DNA of 64,000 nt from an uncultured Candidatus Poseidoniales archaeon (GCA_964412625.1 CAYPPO010000001.1:2323-66322); one strand, 5' to 3'; counted from the first letter of the stretch, positions 44,095 through 53,445 are shown. Numbers and translations are program-made. The notes: generated from the letters alone by a model not told the origin.

Positions 44095-44529
44095 TTAGTC
44101 TTGATTTCTTGCCAATTCAAGGATTCTTGCAATTATTTTCCTAGTACCATCCAGATCATCTGACAATCCTTCAACTCTAGTAACAGTTATTTTATCATAA
44201 CCTAGTTCTTGTAATTTGAGGCGAATCGAATCTTCTGCATGTTCTTGATCGTAACCTAGAGCAATTATATCTGGATTAACAACAGGTAATATCTCGAAGA
44301 TTGAAACCTCAGGTGAATTGCCGATGATTGCTTCATCCACAGGCTTTAATCCTTCTACCATGCGCTTTCTAAGCTCATGATTTGTCACTGGTTCATGTTT
44401 CCTCATCCTAACTGTATCATCGTGGGCTACCACAACAGTTAGGTAATCGCCAAGGGACTTTGCTTGCTCGAGATAGTGCAAGTGCCCGGCGTGAAGTAAA
44501 TCGAAAACTCCAACTGCCATGACCTTCAT
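44095..44529 (-). CDS. ribL: Archaeal FAD synthetase (FMN adenylyltransferase, cytidylyltransferase fold)
   Basis: VMAVGVFDLLHAGHLHYLEQAKSLGDYLTVVVAHDDTV..LKPVDEAIIG matches RibL. Confidence 0.8.
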   Translation of the reverse strand: MKVMAVGVFDLLHAGHLHYLEQAKSLGDYLTVVVAHDDTVRMRKHEPVTNHELRKRMVEGLKPVDEAIIGNSPEVSIFEILPVVNPDIIALGYDQEHAEDSIRLKLQELGYDKITVTRVEGLSDDLDGTRKIIARILELARNQD

Positions 44530-44585
44530 GATGTCCTCTCCATTTTGTTGCTGTATGGTGTAATTGATGATACTACCGATGTAAA

Positions 44586-45293
44586 TTAATTATCGAGTGC
44601 TTGTATAATATCTGCCCCTTCAAGGAATGGTATTCCCCTATCCTTGGCCCACTGTTTGGCAGCTTCAACAGATAAAGCCAAATCTCCCTCGGGCTGGAGC
44701 ATCTCTGCACCGATAACCACTGGTGAAACATTTGATAGTCTAGCCAAACCGACTGCTAATTCGGTATGACCTTGCCGTCGAGACAGACCACCTTCAGTCT
44801 CGCGACAAACTGGTATATGTCCGGGTGTTCTAAATTCTTGACCAAGTAGCCGTTTTGCCTCTTTGCTACCAATACCTTGAGTAAAGACTTCGTTAGTCAA
44901 CTCGGCAAATCTTCTCGTCGTTAGACTACGATCTTTGTCGGTTATTCCAGTGTAGGTATCCCGATGGTTAAGTGACAGAGTAAATGCAGACCGGGAATCA
45001 TATCGCAAGTCATTAGTGACCAATTCTTGCAGAACATCAAACCGACTCATGAGTTCTTTTTGGGTGTGTAAGTCTTGCAGAAATGGAAGCCCAAAATGTT
45101 CGCCAACTTCATGTCCAATAGCCAAAAATAGCAGCCCGCCGCAGTCTTGACGAAGTTGTCTCATTGTTGCGGGTGTTGCATGTTGGGCAGAAAATAATAA
45201 GTCAGTCTCACCTTCTCTTTTCTCTGAATCGAATAAACATACTGGTAAACCGTTAGAAAACGCTGCTACAGCCTCTTCAACCGAATTGCTCAT
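44586..45293 (-). CDS. ribB: 3,4-dihydroxy-2-butanone 4-phosphate synthase
   Basis: PVCLFDSEKREGETDLLFSAQHATP, GGLLFLAI, FRTPGHIPV, RQGHTELAVGLARL. Confidence 0.85.
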   Translation of the reverse strand: MSNSVEEAVAAFSNGLPVCLFDSEKREGETDLLFSAQHATPATMRQLRQDCGGLLFLAIGHEVGEHFGLPFLQDLHTQKELMSRFDVLQELVTNDLRYDSRSAFTLSLNHRDTYTGITDKDRSLTTRRFAELTNEVFTQGIGSKEAKRLLGQEFRTPGHIPVCRETEGGLSRRQGHTELAVGLARLSNVSPVVIGAEMLQPEGDLALSVEAAKQWAKDRGIPFLEGADIIQALDN

Positions 45294-45431
45294 GGCACCG
45301 GGTCGCGCCTCTCATTGATGAAGTGTCGCATATCATCACAACAAAAAAAACTGCCTTTTTGCGGGTATTTTTGTCCGAATAACGGAAAGGTCTTATCATT
45401 AGGTGACCATTGGCTTGAACCTGCGGGGTGG

Positions 45432-46631
45432 ATGGTGTTGCCGGTTAAGTTAGGTCCAGCGGGAATCCCACTATCATGCAAAGGCCGTACAATCGTCGAG
45501 GGTATGGATGATATTATTTCCCTCGGTTTGGAAACTATGGAAGTCCAAACTGTAAGGATGATTGCTCCGCAGCATTTTGAACAATACTGGCAGGCAGGTG
45601 TGCTGGCCAACAAGACTGAGTTCGAGATGAATATCCATGGGCCGTATTACTCGGAATTACTCGGCGACAGAGTTGAAAGAGGACGTTCGTTAACGAAAAT
45701 AGAATCAACACTACAAGCGGCCAAAACAATCAATGCTAGACATATAACGCTACATGCAGGACACTATGGTGAGATGGGCAGAGGTAGGGCTGCTAATGAG
45801 CAACTGGCCAATGTTTTTGCTGGAATTGTCGATAGAGTGCACGAAATTTGGCATGATGATGAGGACATCTATCCCGTATTCCCTTGGTTGAAGGACGGAA
45901 CGCCCTCGAAAATCGGTATCGAAACATCGGGCCGACAGGAATTATGGGGTAGCATAGAAGAAGTTCTCGAAGTTGTAAACCATGTCGAAGGGACTGTTCC
46001 GGTGCTGAATATTGCTCACATACATTCCAGAGGCCATGGAAGTATGAGAACTTCGGAGGATTATGGTGAAATGTTCGACCTTGTTAGAGAAACCATTGGG
46101 ACCAAGGAGTTCTACTGCCATTTTTCCGGAGTTGAGCACAGGACCGGAAATGCAATGCACTACACTCAAATTAAGAAATCAGATTTGAACTTCGAACCAC
46201 TGGCTGAATTCATCGTTGAAGAAGGTGGATGGTTGGATATAACTCTGATATCAGACTCCCCGTTACTAGAACATGACGCAATGTACATGTTACAGAATAT
46301 CGAGAAAGCCCGACACAAGCAACTTGAACGTAAGGCAAGAGAAGATAGAAGGAGAAGTTTGGCGGCACAGACTGGTAAATCCGCCGAAGAAATTAAGGCT
46401 AGAGAACTGGAAATTGCTAGTGCAAGAAACAAAGCTGCAACGGCTGAAATGAAGGAGAAGGCTGCAGCTCAGAAAGCGGCTGAAGCGAAAAAGGCCGAAG
46501 AAAAAACTCCTGCTGAAAAACCAAAGTCAGAACCAAAAACCAAAGCAAAATCAAACAAGGCACAAAAGACTGAACAAACTGATAACGATGACGTGTTTGA
46601 CTTCGACGAAGAAGATGAAGATTTATTTTGA
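45432..46631 (+). CDS. Endonuclease IV-like TIM-barrel protein (archaeal Nfo-related) with a ~110-aa Lys/Ala/Glu-rich tail ending in an acidic-aromatic peptide
   Basis: VKLGPAGIPLSCKGRT..GLETMEVQ, IHGPYYSEL, ITLHAGHYG, IGIETSGRQELWGSIEEVLEV, VLNIAHIHSRGHG, CHFSGVEH. ATG 45432 preferred over 45315. Confidence 0.65.
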   Translation: MVLPVKLGPAGIPLSCKGRTIVEGMDDIISLGLETMEVQTVRMIAPQHFEQYWQAGVLANKTEFEMNIHGPYYSELLGDRVERGRSLTKIESTLQAAKTINARHITLHAGHYGEMGRGRAANEQLANVFAGIVDRVHEIWHDDEDIYPVFPWLKDGTPSKIGIETSGRQELWGSIEEVLEVVNHVEGTVPVLNIAHIHSRGHGSMRTSEDYGEMFDLVRETIGTKEFYCHFSGVEHRTGNAMHYTQIKKSDLNFEPLAEFIVEEGGWLDITLISDSPLLEHDAMYMLQNIEKARHKQLERKAREDRRRSLAAQTGKSAEEIKARELEIASARNKAATAEMKEKAAAQKAAEAKKAEEKTPAEKPKSEPKTKAKSNKAQKTEQTDNDDVFDFDEEDEDLF

Positions 46632-46725
46632 CCGCAGCAGGCTAGTACCGTCTTCAAATCAGTAATTTAGCCCTAATATAGCGGTAACTAACATAAGCAC
46701 AATACAAATCGCAGATTCGGTCACC

Positions 46726-47724
46726 ATGGCACATATTGCAATTCTAGGATTGGGAAACTGGGGCACTGCGGTAGCTAGAATGTGGTTGTTAGAAGGTCAC
46801 AAAGTCAAAGGATGGACGATTGAACAGGAAGTTTACGAATCCGTTGTTATGGATGGAATAAACAAGAAATATTTACCAGACCATCCTGTTGATGGCTTAG
46901 AGGCAACTATGCGAATTGATGAGGCTTTAGACGGGGTTGAGATCGTGGTGTTAGCGATTCCTTCCTCGGTAATTTTAGATGTAGTTGATGATGTAATACC
47001 GTATCTAAGACCAGGCCATGTCTTGATTGATTTGGCTAAGGGATTAGCTCCTGGAAAGAGATTAATCTCGCAAGCGATTCACGAAAAATTGAATCTTGCA
47101 CAAAAAACCAATCCGCTAGCCGTCGTGACTGGTCCAACGATTGCTCCTGAGGCTGCGGGTGGGGTTATCACAACCGCACTTGTGGCTAGCGAAGATGAGT
47201 CTGTTGCTAGGCGATTGGCTGAAACTCTAACCACTCAAACCTTCATTCTTCATGCTGCCTCAGATCCAGTCGGGGCTGAATTATGGGGTGCATTCAAGAA
47301 TGTTATCGCCCTTACCTGTGGACTTGTTGACGGATTGAAAAAAGTTGGAACATTGGGTGGAGACAATCTTAAAGCGGCAATTTTCATGGCAGGTTTCAAA
47401 GAAGGTTGCTTGCTTCTTCCTCAACTAGGAGCTAAAGCAGAGGTGGCATTTGGACCCGCTGGATTAGGCGACCTTTACGTAACCGCAACTTCACCATACG
47501 GACGTAATCGTAGCATGGGTGAGAAATTAGGAACTGGTCTATCGGTTGATGAGGCACTGGCTGAAATGACGATGGTAGCGGAGGGTGTAAGAGCCGCTAG
47601 AATGTTTATTACAAGAGCAGAAGATGAGGGAATTAATGTTCCGTTTACCAAAGCAATCAACGCACTACTCGATGGAGACATTGATGCTGAAGAATGTTGT
47701 CGCCGAATTGTTGGACTAAATTAA
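46726..47724 (+). CDS. gpsA: NAD(P)H-dependent sn-glycerol-3-phosphate dehydrogenase
   Basis: IAILGLGNWGTAVARMW, LAKGL, TGPTIAPEAA, GAFKNVIAL, YGRNRSMGEKLG, VAEGVRAA are the conserved GpsA blocks. Confidence 0.85.
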   Translation: MAHIAILGLGNWGTAVARMWLLEGHKVKGWTIEQEVYESVVMDGINKKYLPDHPVDGLEATMRIDEALDGVEIVVLAIPSSVILDVVDDVIPYLRPGHVLIDLAKGLAPGKRLISQAIHEKLNLAQKTNPLAVVTGPTIAPEAAGGVITTALVASEDESVARRLAETLTTQTFILHAASDPVGAELWGAFKNVIALTCGLVDGLKKVGTLGGDNLKAAIFMAGFKEGCLLLPQLGAKAEVAFGPAGLGDLYVTATSPYGRNRSMGEKLGTGLSVDEALAEMTMVAEGVRAARMFITRAEDEGINVPFTKAINALLDGDIDAEECCRRIVGLN

Positions 47725-47774
47725 CTCAATTAATTCGTCGGTGTTGTTTTGTATGATATTAGTGTAGGAATCTC

Positions 47775-47990
47775 ATGGCGGAAGTACTGAGTGAACTAGA
47801 GGCAAGACTGTTTGAATGGATTAGGCAGTCTGACTTTGAAACTGTTCCATGGTCTACCGCAAGCGCAGCAAAAGCCTTCAAAGTCAAGAAAGACGAGATT
47901 TACGAAGCAGTCGCCGGATTAACCAGGAAAGTACCTGACAGGATTCAGGTGTTCTACAAAGCCGGGGCAGTTCACATCGCTGCAGAGTAA
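47775..47990 (+). CDS. Small hypothetical protein (possible winged-helix)
   Basis: 71-aa ORF followed by a 6-bp hairpin TTTAGG-ATAA-CCTAAA (48002-48017). No recognisable motif. Confidence 0.3.
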   Translation: MAEVLSELEARLFEWIRQSDFETVPWSTASAAKAFKVKKDEIYEAVAGLTRKVPDRIQVFYKAGAVHIAAE

Positions 47991-48049
47991 GGTTTTGTTA
48001 ATTTAGGATAACCTAAACTTAATGAATAGCGAGTTTTAGCCCGGATTAG

Positions 48050-49294
48050 GTGGAGAACTTGAAAGGTCCTAAAGTAGCAATTTTTACAACCCTGTTAATG
48101 ATAATCGCAAGCATTCCCGGATGCATTTTTGATCCGGTTGAATTTGACGAATGTGAAGATAAAACCAATTGTTTAACCATTGCATTTGAAACCAAAGAAG
48201 AATACAAAAATGCTGATGAAAATCCGCAAAAACTAGCAGATAGATTGGAAGAACTAATGGATATGGAAGTTGAAATTTACACCGTTTCGGGTCCCGCAGC
48301 TACCATTGCTGCCCTTGAATATGGTAATGCCGATATTGGGTTCCTTGACGGCGGAGCAGCTTGGCTAAGTATCGAAACCAGAGGTTTTGAAGTGGCTGCT
48401 GCAGAACAAAAAGGTGATGGAAGACCTTACTACAATGCTGTAGCTTGGGTTCACACCGATTCGGACATGGCTGTTGCTGACCGAGCCGGTGAAGATCCAT
48501 ACGCACTGATGGCTGGAAAAATTTCTTGCCACACCTCTCCATTAGGCAGTTCCGGCATGTTACTGCCGATGGGTTGGATGATTTCTGAAGGCTACATCGA
48601 AATACAAGGCGACCCAAACACCATGGATTCACTATACACCACAGTTAGAAACCATTTCTCAGAAGATTCGAGCATACCCGACAGCGGAACACTTTACCGA
48701 GGGTATGGAGGTTCGCTAAGATGTCTCGCTGAACATTCATTGGGATCCGCCAACGATTACGTCTCATTTGCCAAGGATCCAACCGTTCCAGACTATTGTG
48801 GTGACGATCCAAAATCCTGGTGCTTTGAAGGTGACTTCACAAGTACTGATGACTTCTACCCACTAGGTGGCTACAATGAGACTACTGGTGAAATCAACAG
48901 CTTTGGTAAAGCACCAAGCCATCCTATCATGTACAATCCGGAATACTTCTCAGCAAGTGATGTTCAAGCGCTTAGAACTGCATTAGAGACAATGAATGGT
49001 AATGAAGATGACTTAGAGATTTTCGAAGATGTGCTTGGAACTCCAGGTATTACCATCACCGACACTGAATCTCACATCGGAGATTACGGCAACGCTATCG
49101 AGGACGTACCAGGAATCGCAGCTTACCTAAATGAAAAGGTTAACAAAACTACCAGCGATGACAGCGGCTCAAATCTTATTCTCTATGCTGGAGGTGCTGT
49201 TGCAGCACTTGCGATAGTTACCGGGGCAATATTCATGAGAAATTCTAACAAGAATAAGAATATTGAATCAGACGAAGAAGTAACCAGCGAGTGA
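48050..49294 (+). CDS. phnD: PhnD-like phosphonate/phosphite ABC substrate-binding protein with a C-terminal TM anchor
   Basis: GTG start. Signal/anchor VAIFTTLLMIIASIPGC. SGPAATIAALEYGNADIGFLDGGAAWL and YYNAVAWV resemble PhnD blocks. C-terminal ILYAGGAVAALAIVTGAIFM. Confidence 0.6.
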   Translation: MENLKGPKVAIFTTLLMIIASIPGCIFDPVEFDECEDKTNCLTIAFETKEEYKNADENPQKLADRLEELMDMEVEIYTVSGPAATIAALEYGNADIGFLDGGAAWLSIETRGFEVAAAEQKGDGRPYYNAVAWVHTDSDMAVADRAGEDPYALMAGKISCHTSPLGSSGMLLPMGWMISEGYIEIQGDPNTMDSLYTTVRNHFSEDSSIPDSGTLYRGYGGSLRCLAEHSLGSANDYVSFAKDPTVPDYCGDDPKSWCFEGDFTSTDDFYPLGGYNETTGEINSFGKAPSHPIMYNPEYFSASDVQALRTALETMNGNEDDLEIFEDVLGTPGITITDTESHIGDYGNAIEDVPGIAAYLNEKVNKTTSDDSGSNLILYAGGAVAALAIVTGAIFMRNSNKNKNIESDEEVTSE

Positions 49295-50511
49295 TATTAG
49301 TGAAAAACAAAGCGCTGATAATCATATTAGTGTTATTGTCTGGTGGAATTTCTGGATACGAGGTCTATCAACGGTATTTCGTTGAAGAAGAGCCCAGATT
49401 TCAATGGCCGGAAAAAATAGAAATTCCGTGCCAGCCATCCACAGACGATTTCGGCTGTGATATGTACATGAAGGTCAACTCTACGCCAGTGAAATCCCTA
49501 CTACATCCAACGAGTAATGAGGTTTGGATTGCTGAACTAGACGGCAAAATATCTTCATGGAACGGCGAGATAGTCAAAGAGATAGGCAATGTAAGTCAGA
49601 TTATTTCACGCTGCCATATAGAACAAGGACTACTCGGTTTTGAGTTTACCCACGATTACGAGAATAGCAGACAAATTCTGCTATCATACACTGAAGATGC
49701 AGATTGTGATGGACCGAGTAATCTGTCTGGAGTTATGGTGGCATCAGTAGATATTGTTGACGATACGTTAGATCTTAACTCAGTAGTTGAATTAAGAAGA
49801 ATCGAGAAACAGAATCGCAATCACAACGGTGGTAATCTACATTCACTCGGAGATGGGACCTATCTATGGTCGATTGGCGATGGTGGAGGCTCTGGCGATC
49901 CGTTTGACAACGGTCAAGATATTCACAGCCCTTTAGGGACTATCCAGTATTTTTCATACCTCAATAACACAATCCAGCCTGTGCTAAATGACTATGGAAA
50001 TGACACTGACTATGTCCTTCACTATGGACTTAGAAACCCATGGAAATTTGATACTGATAATCAAGGAAGACTATGGATTGCTGATGTGGGACAGTATTGC
50101 TATGAAGAGGTAAATGTGGTAAATATACTCGACAAGTCAAATTTTGGTTGGTCAGAACGAGAGGGGATGCATGCATATGATCCGAGTGATGACTGCACCA
50201 GTACGCCAACTCAGCCCGACGATTCAAGTTTAACCGACCCCGTAATAGAATATCCACATACAGGAGGAAACTGCTCAATTACTGGCGGATTCTGGATGGA
50301 TTGGGGTTTTGAATCATTGAGGAATTCATATGTCTATGGCGATTTTTGTACAGGATCAATCTGGCAAACTGTTGAAACCTCGAATGGCTGGGAATCATCC
50401 TTTGTAACAACAGTTGGAACATTCATCACAGGTTTTGGCCAGGGTGTGAACGATGAATTACTAATCTTCAGTTGGACTGGAGAAATTTATCAGATTTACC
50501 AGAATAATTAA
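49291..50511 (+). CDS. Secreted/anchored glucose-sorbosone dehydrogenase-like beta-propeller (PQQ-dependent sugar dehydrogenase family)
   Basis: HNGGNLHSLGDGTYLWSIGDGGGSGDP, HYGLRNPWKFDTDNQGRLWIADVGQ, and FGWSEREG match GSDH blocks. The GTG start overlaps the phnD stop (GTGA). Confidence 0.7.
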   Translation: MILVKNKALIIILVLLSGGISGYEVYQRYFVEEEPRFQWPEKIEIPCQPSTDDFGCDMYMKVNSTPVKSLLHPTSNEVWIAELDGKISSWNGEIVKEIGNVSQIISRCHIEQGLLGFEFTHDYENSRQILLSYTEDADCDGPSNLSGVMVASVDIVDDTLDLNSVVELRRIEKQNRNHNGGNLHSLGDGTYLWSIGDGGGSGDPFDNGQDIHSPLGTIQYFSYLNNTIQPVLNDYGNDTDYVLHYGLRNPWKFDTDNQGRLWIADVGQYCYEEVNVVNILDKSNFGWSEREGMHAYDPSDDCTSTPTQPDDSSLTDPVIEYPHTGGNCSITGGFWMDWGFESLRNSYVYGDFCTGSIWQTVETSNGWESSFVTTVGTFITGFGQGVNDELLIFSWTGEIYQIYQNN

Positions 50512-50520
50512 TTCAGTTTT

Positions 50521-51426
50521 CTATTTTTTCTTCAACCTCTGAGTCATACTGGCTGGTAATAATACACTCAGTAGGGACTTATTGCCTATTTCAGATTCGT
50601 CTGTTACGAAAGAACGTATGAATAAAGACAGGAAATCAATTATTACAATCACGGCAAATATCACAATCAAATAAGTCATCACGTGGTTGTAAAGATTCAA
50701 TTCCATTGCCCTATCTATGTGCAATCCTATACCTCCCGCACCAACTAGCCCCAATACAGTTCCATGTCTAACATTATACTCGAACATGAACAATAATTGA
50801 CTGAGGAAAGTGTTACCAGATTCAGGTAAAACCACCTTCGAGACTATCTCGCTATGATTCAATCCCATCGCTCTTGCGGCCTCTAAAGGCTCTCTATTAA
50901 TGCCTTCAATTTCTTCATATTGTAACTTGCCAAGATAACCTATGGTGTACAATATCATTGCTAAAACACCAGCTAGTGGGCCAATTCCTACCACTATGAC
51001 AAAAATAATCGCCCAGATAATGCTAGGAAGACTTCTTGTTAGGGCCAGAAATAATCGTGTTGGCACAAATATGAATCTTGGGACCAAATTTTTGGCGGCA
51101 AAAGATGAAAACAATATTGCACCGATAAATCCGAAAATTGTGGCAACAAAAGCCATTTTGAGGGTTTCTAACATGCCAGTATACGCTTTTGAGCAAAAGA
51201 ATCCAATCTCGACTTTACAATTTGGTGGCTCGGATTGCGCTTCAAAAATTAATGACCATTCAGGGGGCCATAATTCTGTATTCCAAAATTTAACCAAATT
51301 TCCTAAGCCACCAGACAAATCACCCCAGTCACCCCTAACCAGGTTATTCAAGATGATAAGTGAAAAAAATACTAAAGAGATAGATATCAGCCATACTTTA
51401 TTGACTTTTACTGACATGATATTCAC
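50521..51426 (-). CDS. phnE: PhnE-like ABC permease
   Basis: Six TM helices. EAARAMGLNHSEIVSKVVLPE is the PhnE-type EAA loop. 4-nt overlap with the ATPase gene. Confidence 0.7.
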   Translation of the reverse strand: MNIMSVKVNKVWLISISLVFFSLIILNNLVRGDWGDLSGGLGNLVKFWNTELWPPEWSLIFEAQSEPPNCKVEIGFFCSKAYTGMLETLKMAFVATIFGFIGAILFSSFAAKNLVPRFIFVPTRLFLALTRSLPSIIWAIIFVIVVGIGPLAGVLAMILYTIGYLGKLQYEEIEGINREPLEAARAMGLNHSEIVSKVVLPESGNTFLSQLLFMFEYNVRHGTVLGLVGAGGIGLHIDRAMELNLYNHVMTYLIVIFAVIVIIDFLSLFIRSFVTDESEIGNKSLLSVLLPASMTQRLKKK

Positions 51427-52091
51427 TCTTCCGTATTTGGAATAACCTCAAATTCGCTTAGATCAATCAGCCTATCTGAAATCTGTTTAGCCCGTTCAAT
51501 GTGATGTTCAACTAATAGCATTCCACATTGATTATCTTTAACAAAATCTCTCATTAACTGAATAATCAAATCGGCATTCTCTTTGTCCAATTCGCTCAAG
51601 AATTCATCAGCAAGAATCAAACTTGGATTTTGCGCAACTGCTCTAGCTGTCGCTACACGACGTTGCTGACCTCCAGATAATCTTCTAATTGGTTCATTGA
51701 TTTTATCAGATAGCCCGACTAGCTTTACCGTTTCGTGAATAACTTCTGATTTACGACGAGACCAATTGAATAGATTTCCATCGGGTGTTTTTACTCGAAC
51801 TCCGCACCGAGCACCTAGCTCAACGTTGTGATAAACGCTAGCGTGTCTTACCAATCCAAGACGCTGGGGTATGTAACCCATCCCGCCACGGGTTCTTACA
51901 TCGCTGTAAATTTTTCCCGATAACTTAGGAATCAATCCAGCAATTGTTCGCAGCAGAGTAGTTTTACCCAGACCTGATATTCCAGTAATCGCTACTATCT
52001 CTCCAGGATTAACACTAAAATTGATTTTTGAAAGTAGCGGATAATCATAGCCCACGGTAAGATTATCGATACGTATGATTGGTTTAGTCAT
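51423..52091 (-). CDS. phnC: PhnC-like ABC ATP-binding protein
   Basis: Walker A GISGLGKTTLL, signature LSGGQQRRVATARA, Walker B LILADEFLSELD. Confidence 0.75.
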   Translation of the reverse strand: MTKPIIRIDNLTVGYDYPLLSKINFSVNPGEIVAITGISGLGKTTLLRTIAGLIPKLSGKIYSDVRTRGGMGYIPQRLGLVRHASVYHNVELGARCGVRVKTPDGNLFNWSRRKSEVIHETVKLVGLSDKINEPIRRLSGGQQRRVATARAVAQNPSLILADEFLSELDKENADLIIQLMRDFVKDNQCGMLLVEHHIERAKQISDRLIDLSEFEVIPNTEE

Positions 52092-52154
52092 GTAGTTTCA
52101 CCAACCAATAGTAGCATGAAGTCCTGCTGTCTAGCATTTAAATATCTATCTAGC

Positions 52155-52985
52155 CTAGTGGCTTAATTTAATTCTAGCCTGCTTCACCAAATCAATAATC
52201 GCAACTCTTAGTTCGCTTGAAGTGATAGTTTTACCATATGGTATGTATACTTCGTGATCTGTTTCCATGCATTGAATAAAAATTCCTCTCGGGTCCAAAT
52301 CATTCATATGCACTTTGCTAGAATTTTTACCGTAATGTGCATTATAGATATCTACCATTGCATCGACATGATCGTCATTCATGTGCTCTATTGAGCCTTC
52401 TTTTACCTCCTCAAGACCTATTGGGGTTGATTCAGATAGATACTCTTCCCCTCCAATCCAACAAATCTTGCCAAATCCAGCAATATATCGTATCGTGATG
52501 ATTTCATCCATGATCCAAAATGAAAAATTGTGCGTCTTTAGATAAGCATCAGCATTAGGAACTTGAGTACGATATCTTGTGAGCATAGATTCTTGCTCTT
52601 TAGTTGAGACATAGACTGCGTTTTCTGATTCATCTTGGTCATCGCCAGAAATTCGTACTTCCTTGAATTTACCTATTAAGCATGCCCGCCAATATGATTG
52701 TGGGTCCCCCTCGGGGTTGGGATGTGAGACAAATAAGGAGGAATTTTGATTAGTTTGCAGATTTTTAGTATGCGCTGCAATGCTCGCAATCAGTATGTAT
52801 GGTTTACCATCAGGGTTGATGGCAAATGGAACTACAGAACTGAGGGGAAAGTTGCTGATTTCTGATTTAACTGCAATAGTTGACAACACTCCATGACCAA
52901 CATCAACAAGCCATTGAAGAACATTCTGTGCCGGATTTTCGTTTTTCCGAGAATTTTCTTCTGCCGCTGATATATCATCAGTCAT
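52155..52985 (-). CDS. HugZ-family heme-utilisation protein (PNPOx-like FMN-binding split barrel plus DUF2470)
   Basis: GVLSTIAV..FPLSSVVPFAINPDGKPYILIASIAAHTKNLQTNQNSSLFV, IRYIAGFGKICWIGGEEY, and HMNDDHVDAMVDIY match COG0748/HugZ plus DUF2470 blocks. Confidence 0.7.
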   Translation of the reverse strand: MTDDISAAEENSRKNENPAQNVLQWLVDVGHGVLSTIAVKSEISNFPLSSVVPFAINPDGKPYILIASIAAHTKNLQTNQNSSLFVSHPNPEGDPQSYWRACLIGKFKEVRISGDDQDESENAVYVSTKEQESMLTRYRTQVPNADAYLKTHNFSFWIMDEIITIRYIAGFGKICWIGGEEYLSESTPIGLEEVKEGSIEHMNDDHVDAMVDIYNAHYGKNSSKVHMNDLDPRGIFIQCMETDHEVYIPYGKTITSSELRVAIIDLVKQARIKLSH

Positions 52986-52989
52986 CTAA

Positions 52990-53445
52990 TCACTTCGCAT
53001 TTTCTGAAAACAGACCAATTGTCTCTTCTAGCCATTCCTCGGCTTCATCTTCATAATCGGTATCACAATCTATTCGATCGTTGATTCTGTTACCACCCTT
53101 TGCTTCAATGAGTTCGTCCCATTGTATTCCTGCTTCACAAAACAGGTCGAATGCTGTATCTCCTAGTGCTAGTACTGCAAAGTTTACACCTGCTAAACTA
53201 TCATCAGCCGCGTCTTCAGCTGCCTCGTATAGGTCTACTGCATTGTCAGGCTGCTCGCCATCACCCCATGTACTGCAGACGATGAGAAGATTTTCATATC
53301 CTTGAATCTCATCGTAACTTATTTCATCCATACCGTTTATCGTTGCATCAAAACCACTACTTTTTGCCATGCCTTCTGCATCCATAGCTAATAATTCAGA
53401 ATTCCCTGTCTCTGTTCCGTACAAAATCAAAATCTTATTTGACAT
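52990..53445 (-). CDS. Short-chain flavodoxin
   Basis: ILILYGTETGNSELLA (FMN phosphate loop), IVCSTWGDGEQPDNA, FAVLALGDTAF. Confidence 0.85.
   Translation of the reverse strand: MSNKILILYGTETGNSELLAMDAEGMAKSSGFDATINGMDEISYDEIQGYENLLIVCSTWGDGEQPDNAVDLYEAAEDAADDSLAGVNFAVLALGDTAFDLFCEAGIQWDELIEAKGGNRINDRIDCDTDYEDEAEEWLEETIGLFSENAK

Noticed and set aside
45294-45431. FMN riboswitch upstream of the rib operon
   Set aside because: I could not recognise conserved FMN-element sequences or the multi-stem architecture in the 138-nt leader. The riboswitch is also essentially bacterial. A covariance-model scan (Rfam RF00050) would settle it.
45290-45613. 107-aa minus-strand ORF and the 5' extension (45315-45431) of the nfo-like ORF in the ribB/nfo divergent region
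   Set aside because: Both give Cys/Ser-rich non-protein-like sequence with no motifs. The conserved Nfo block begins right after ATG 45432, and ribB begins at 45293. The region is better explained as a ~140-nt divergent promoter.
50942-51445. 167-aa plus-strand ORF. Comparable cases are 54820-55212 and 43750-44163.
   Set aside because: They are antisense to the PhnE permease, the FecCD permease and ribE respectively, all of which have recognisable signatures.
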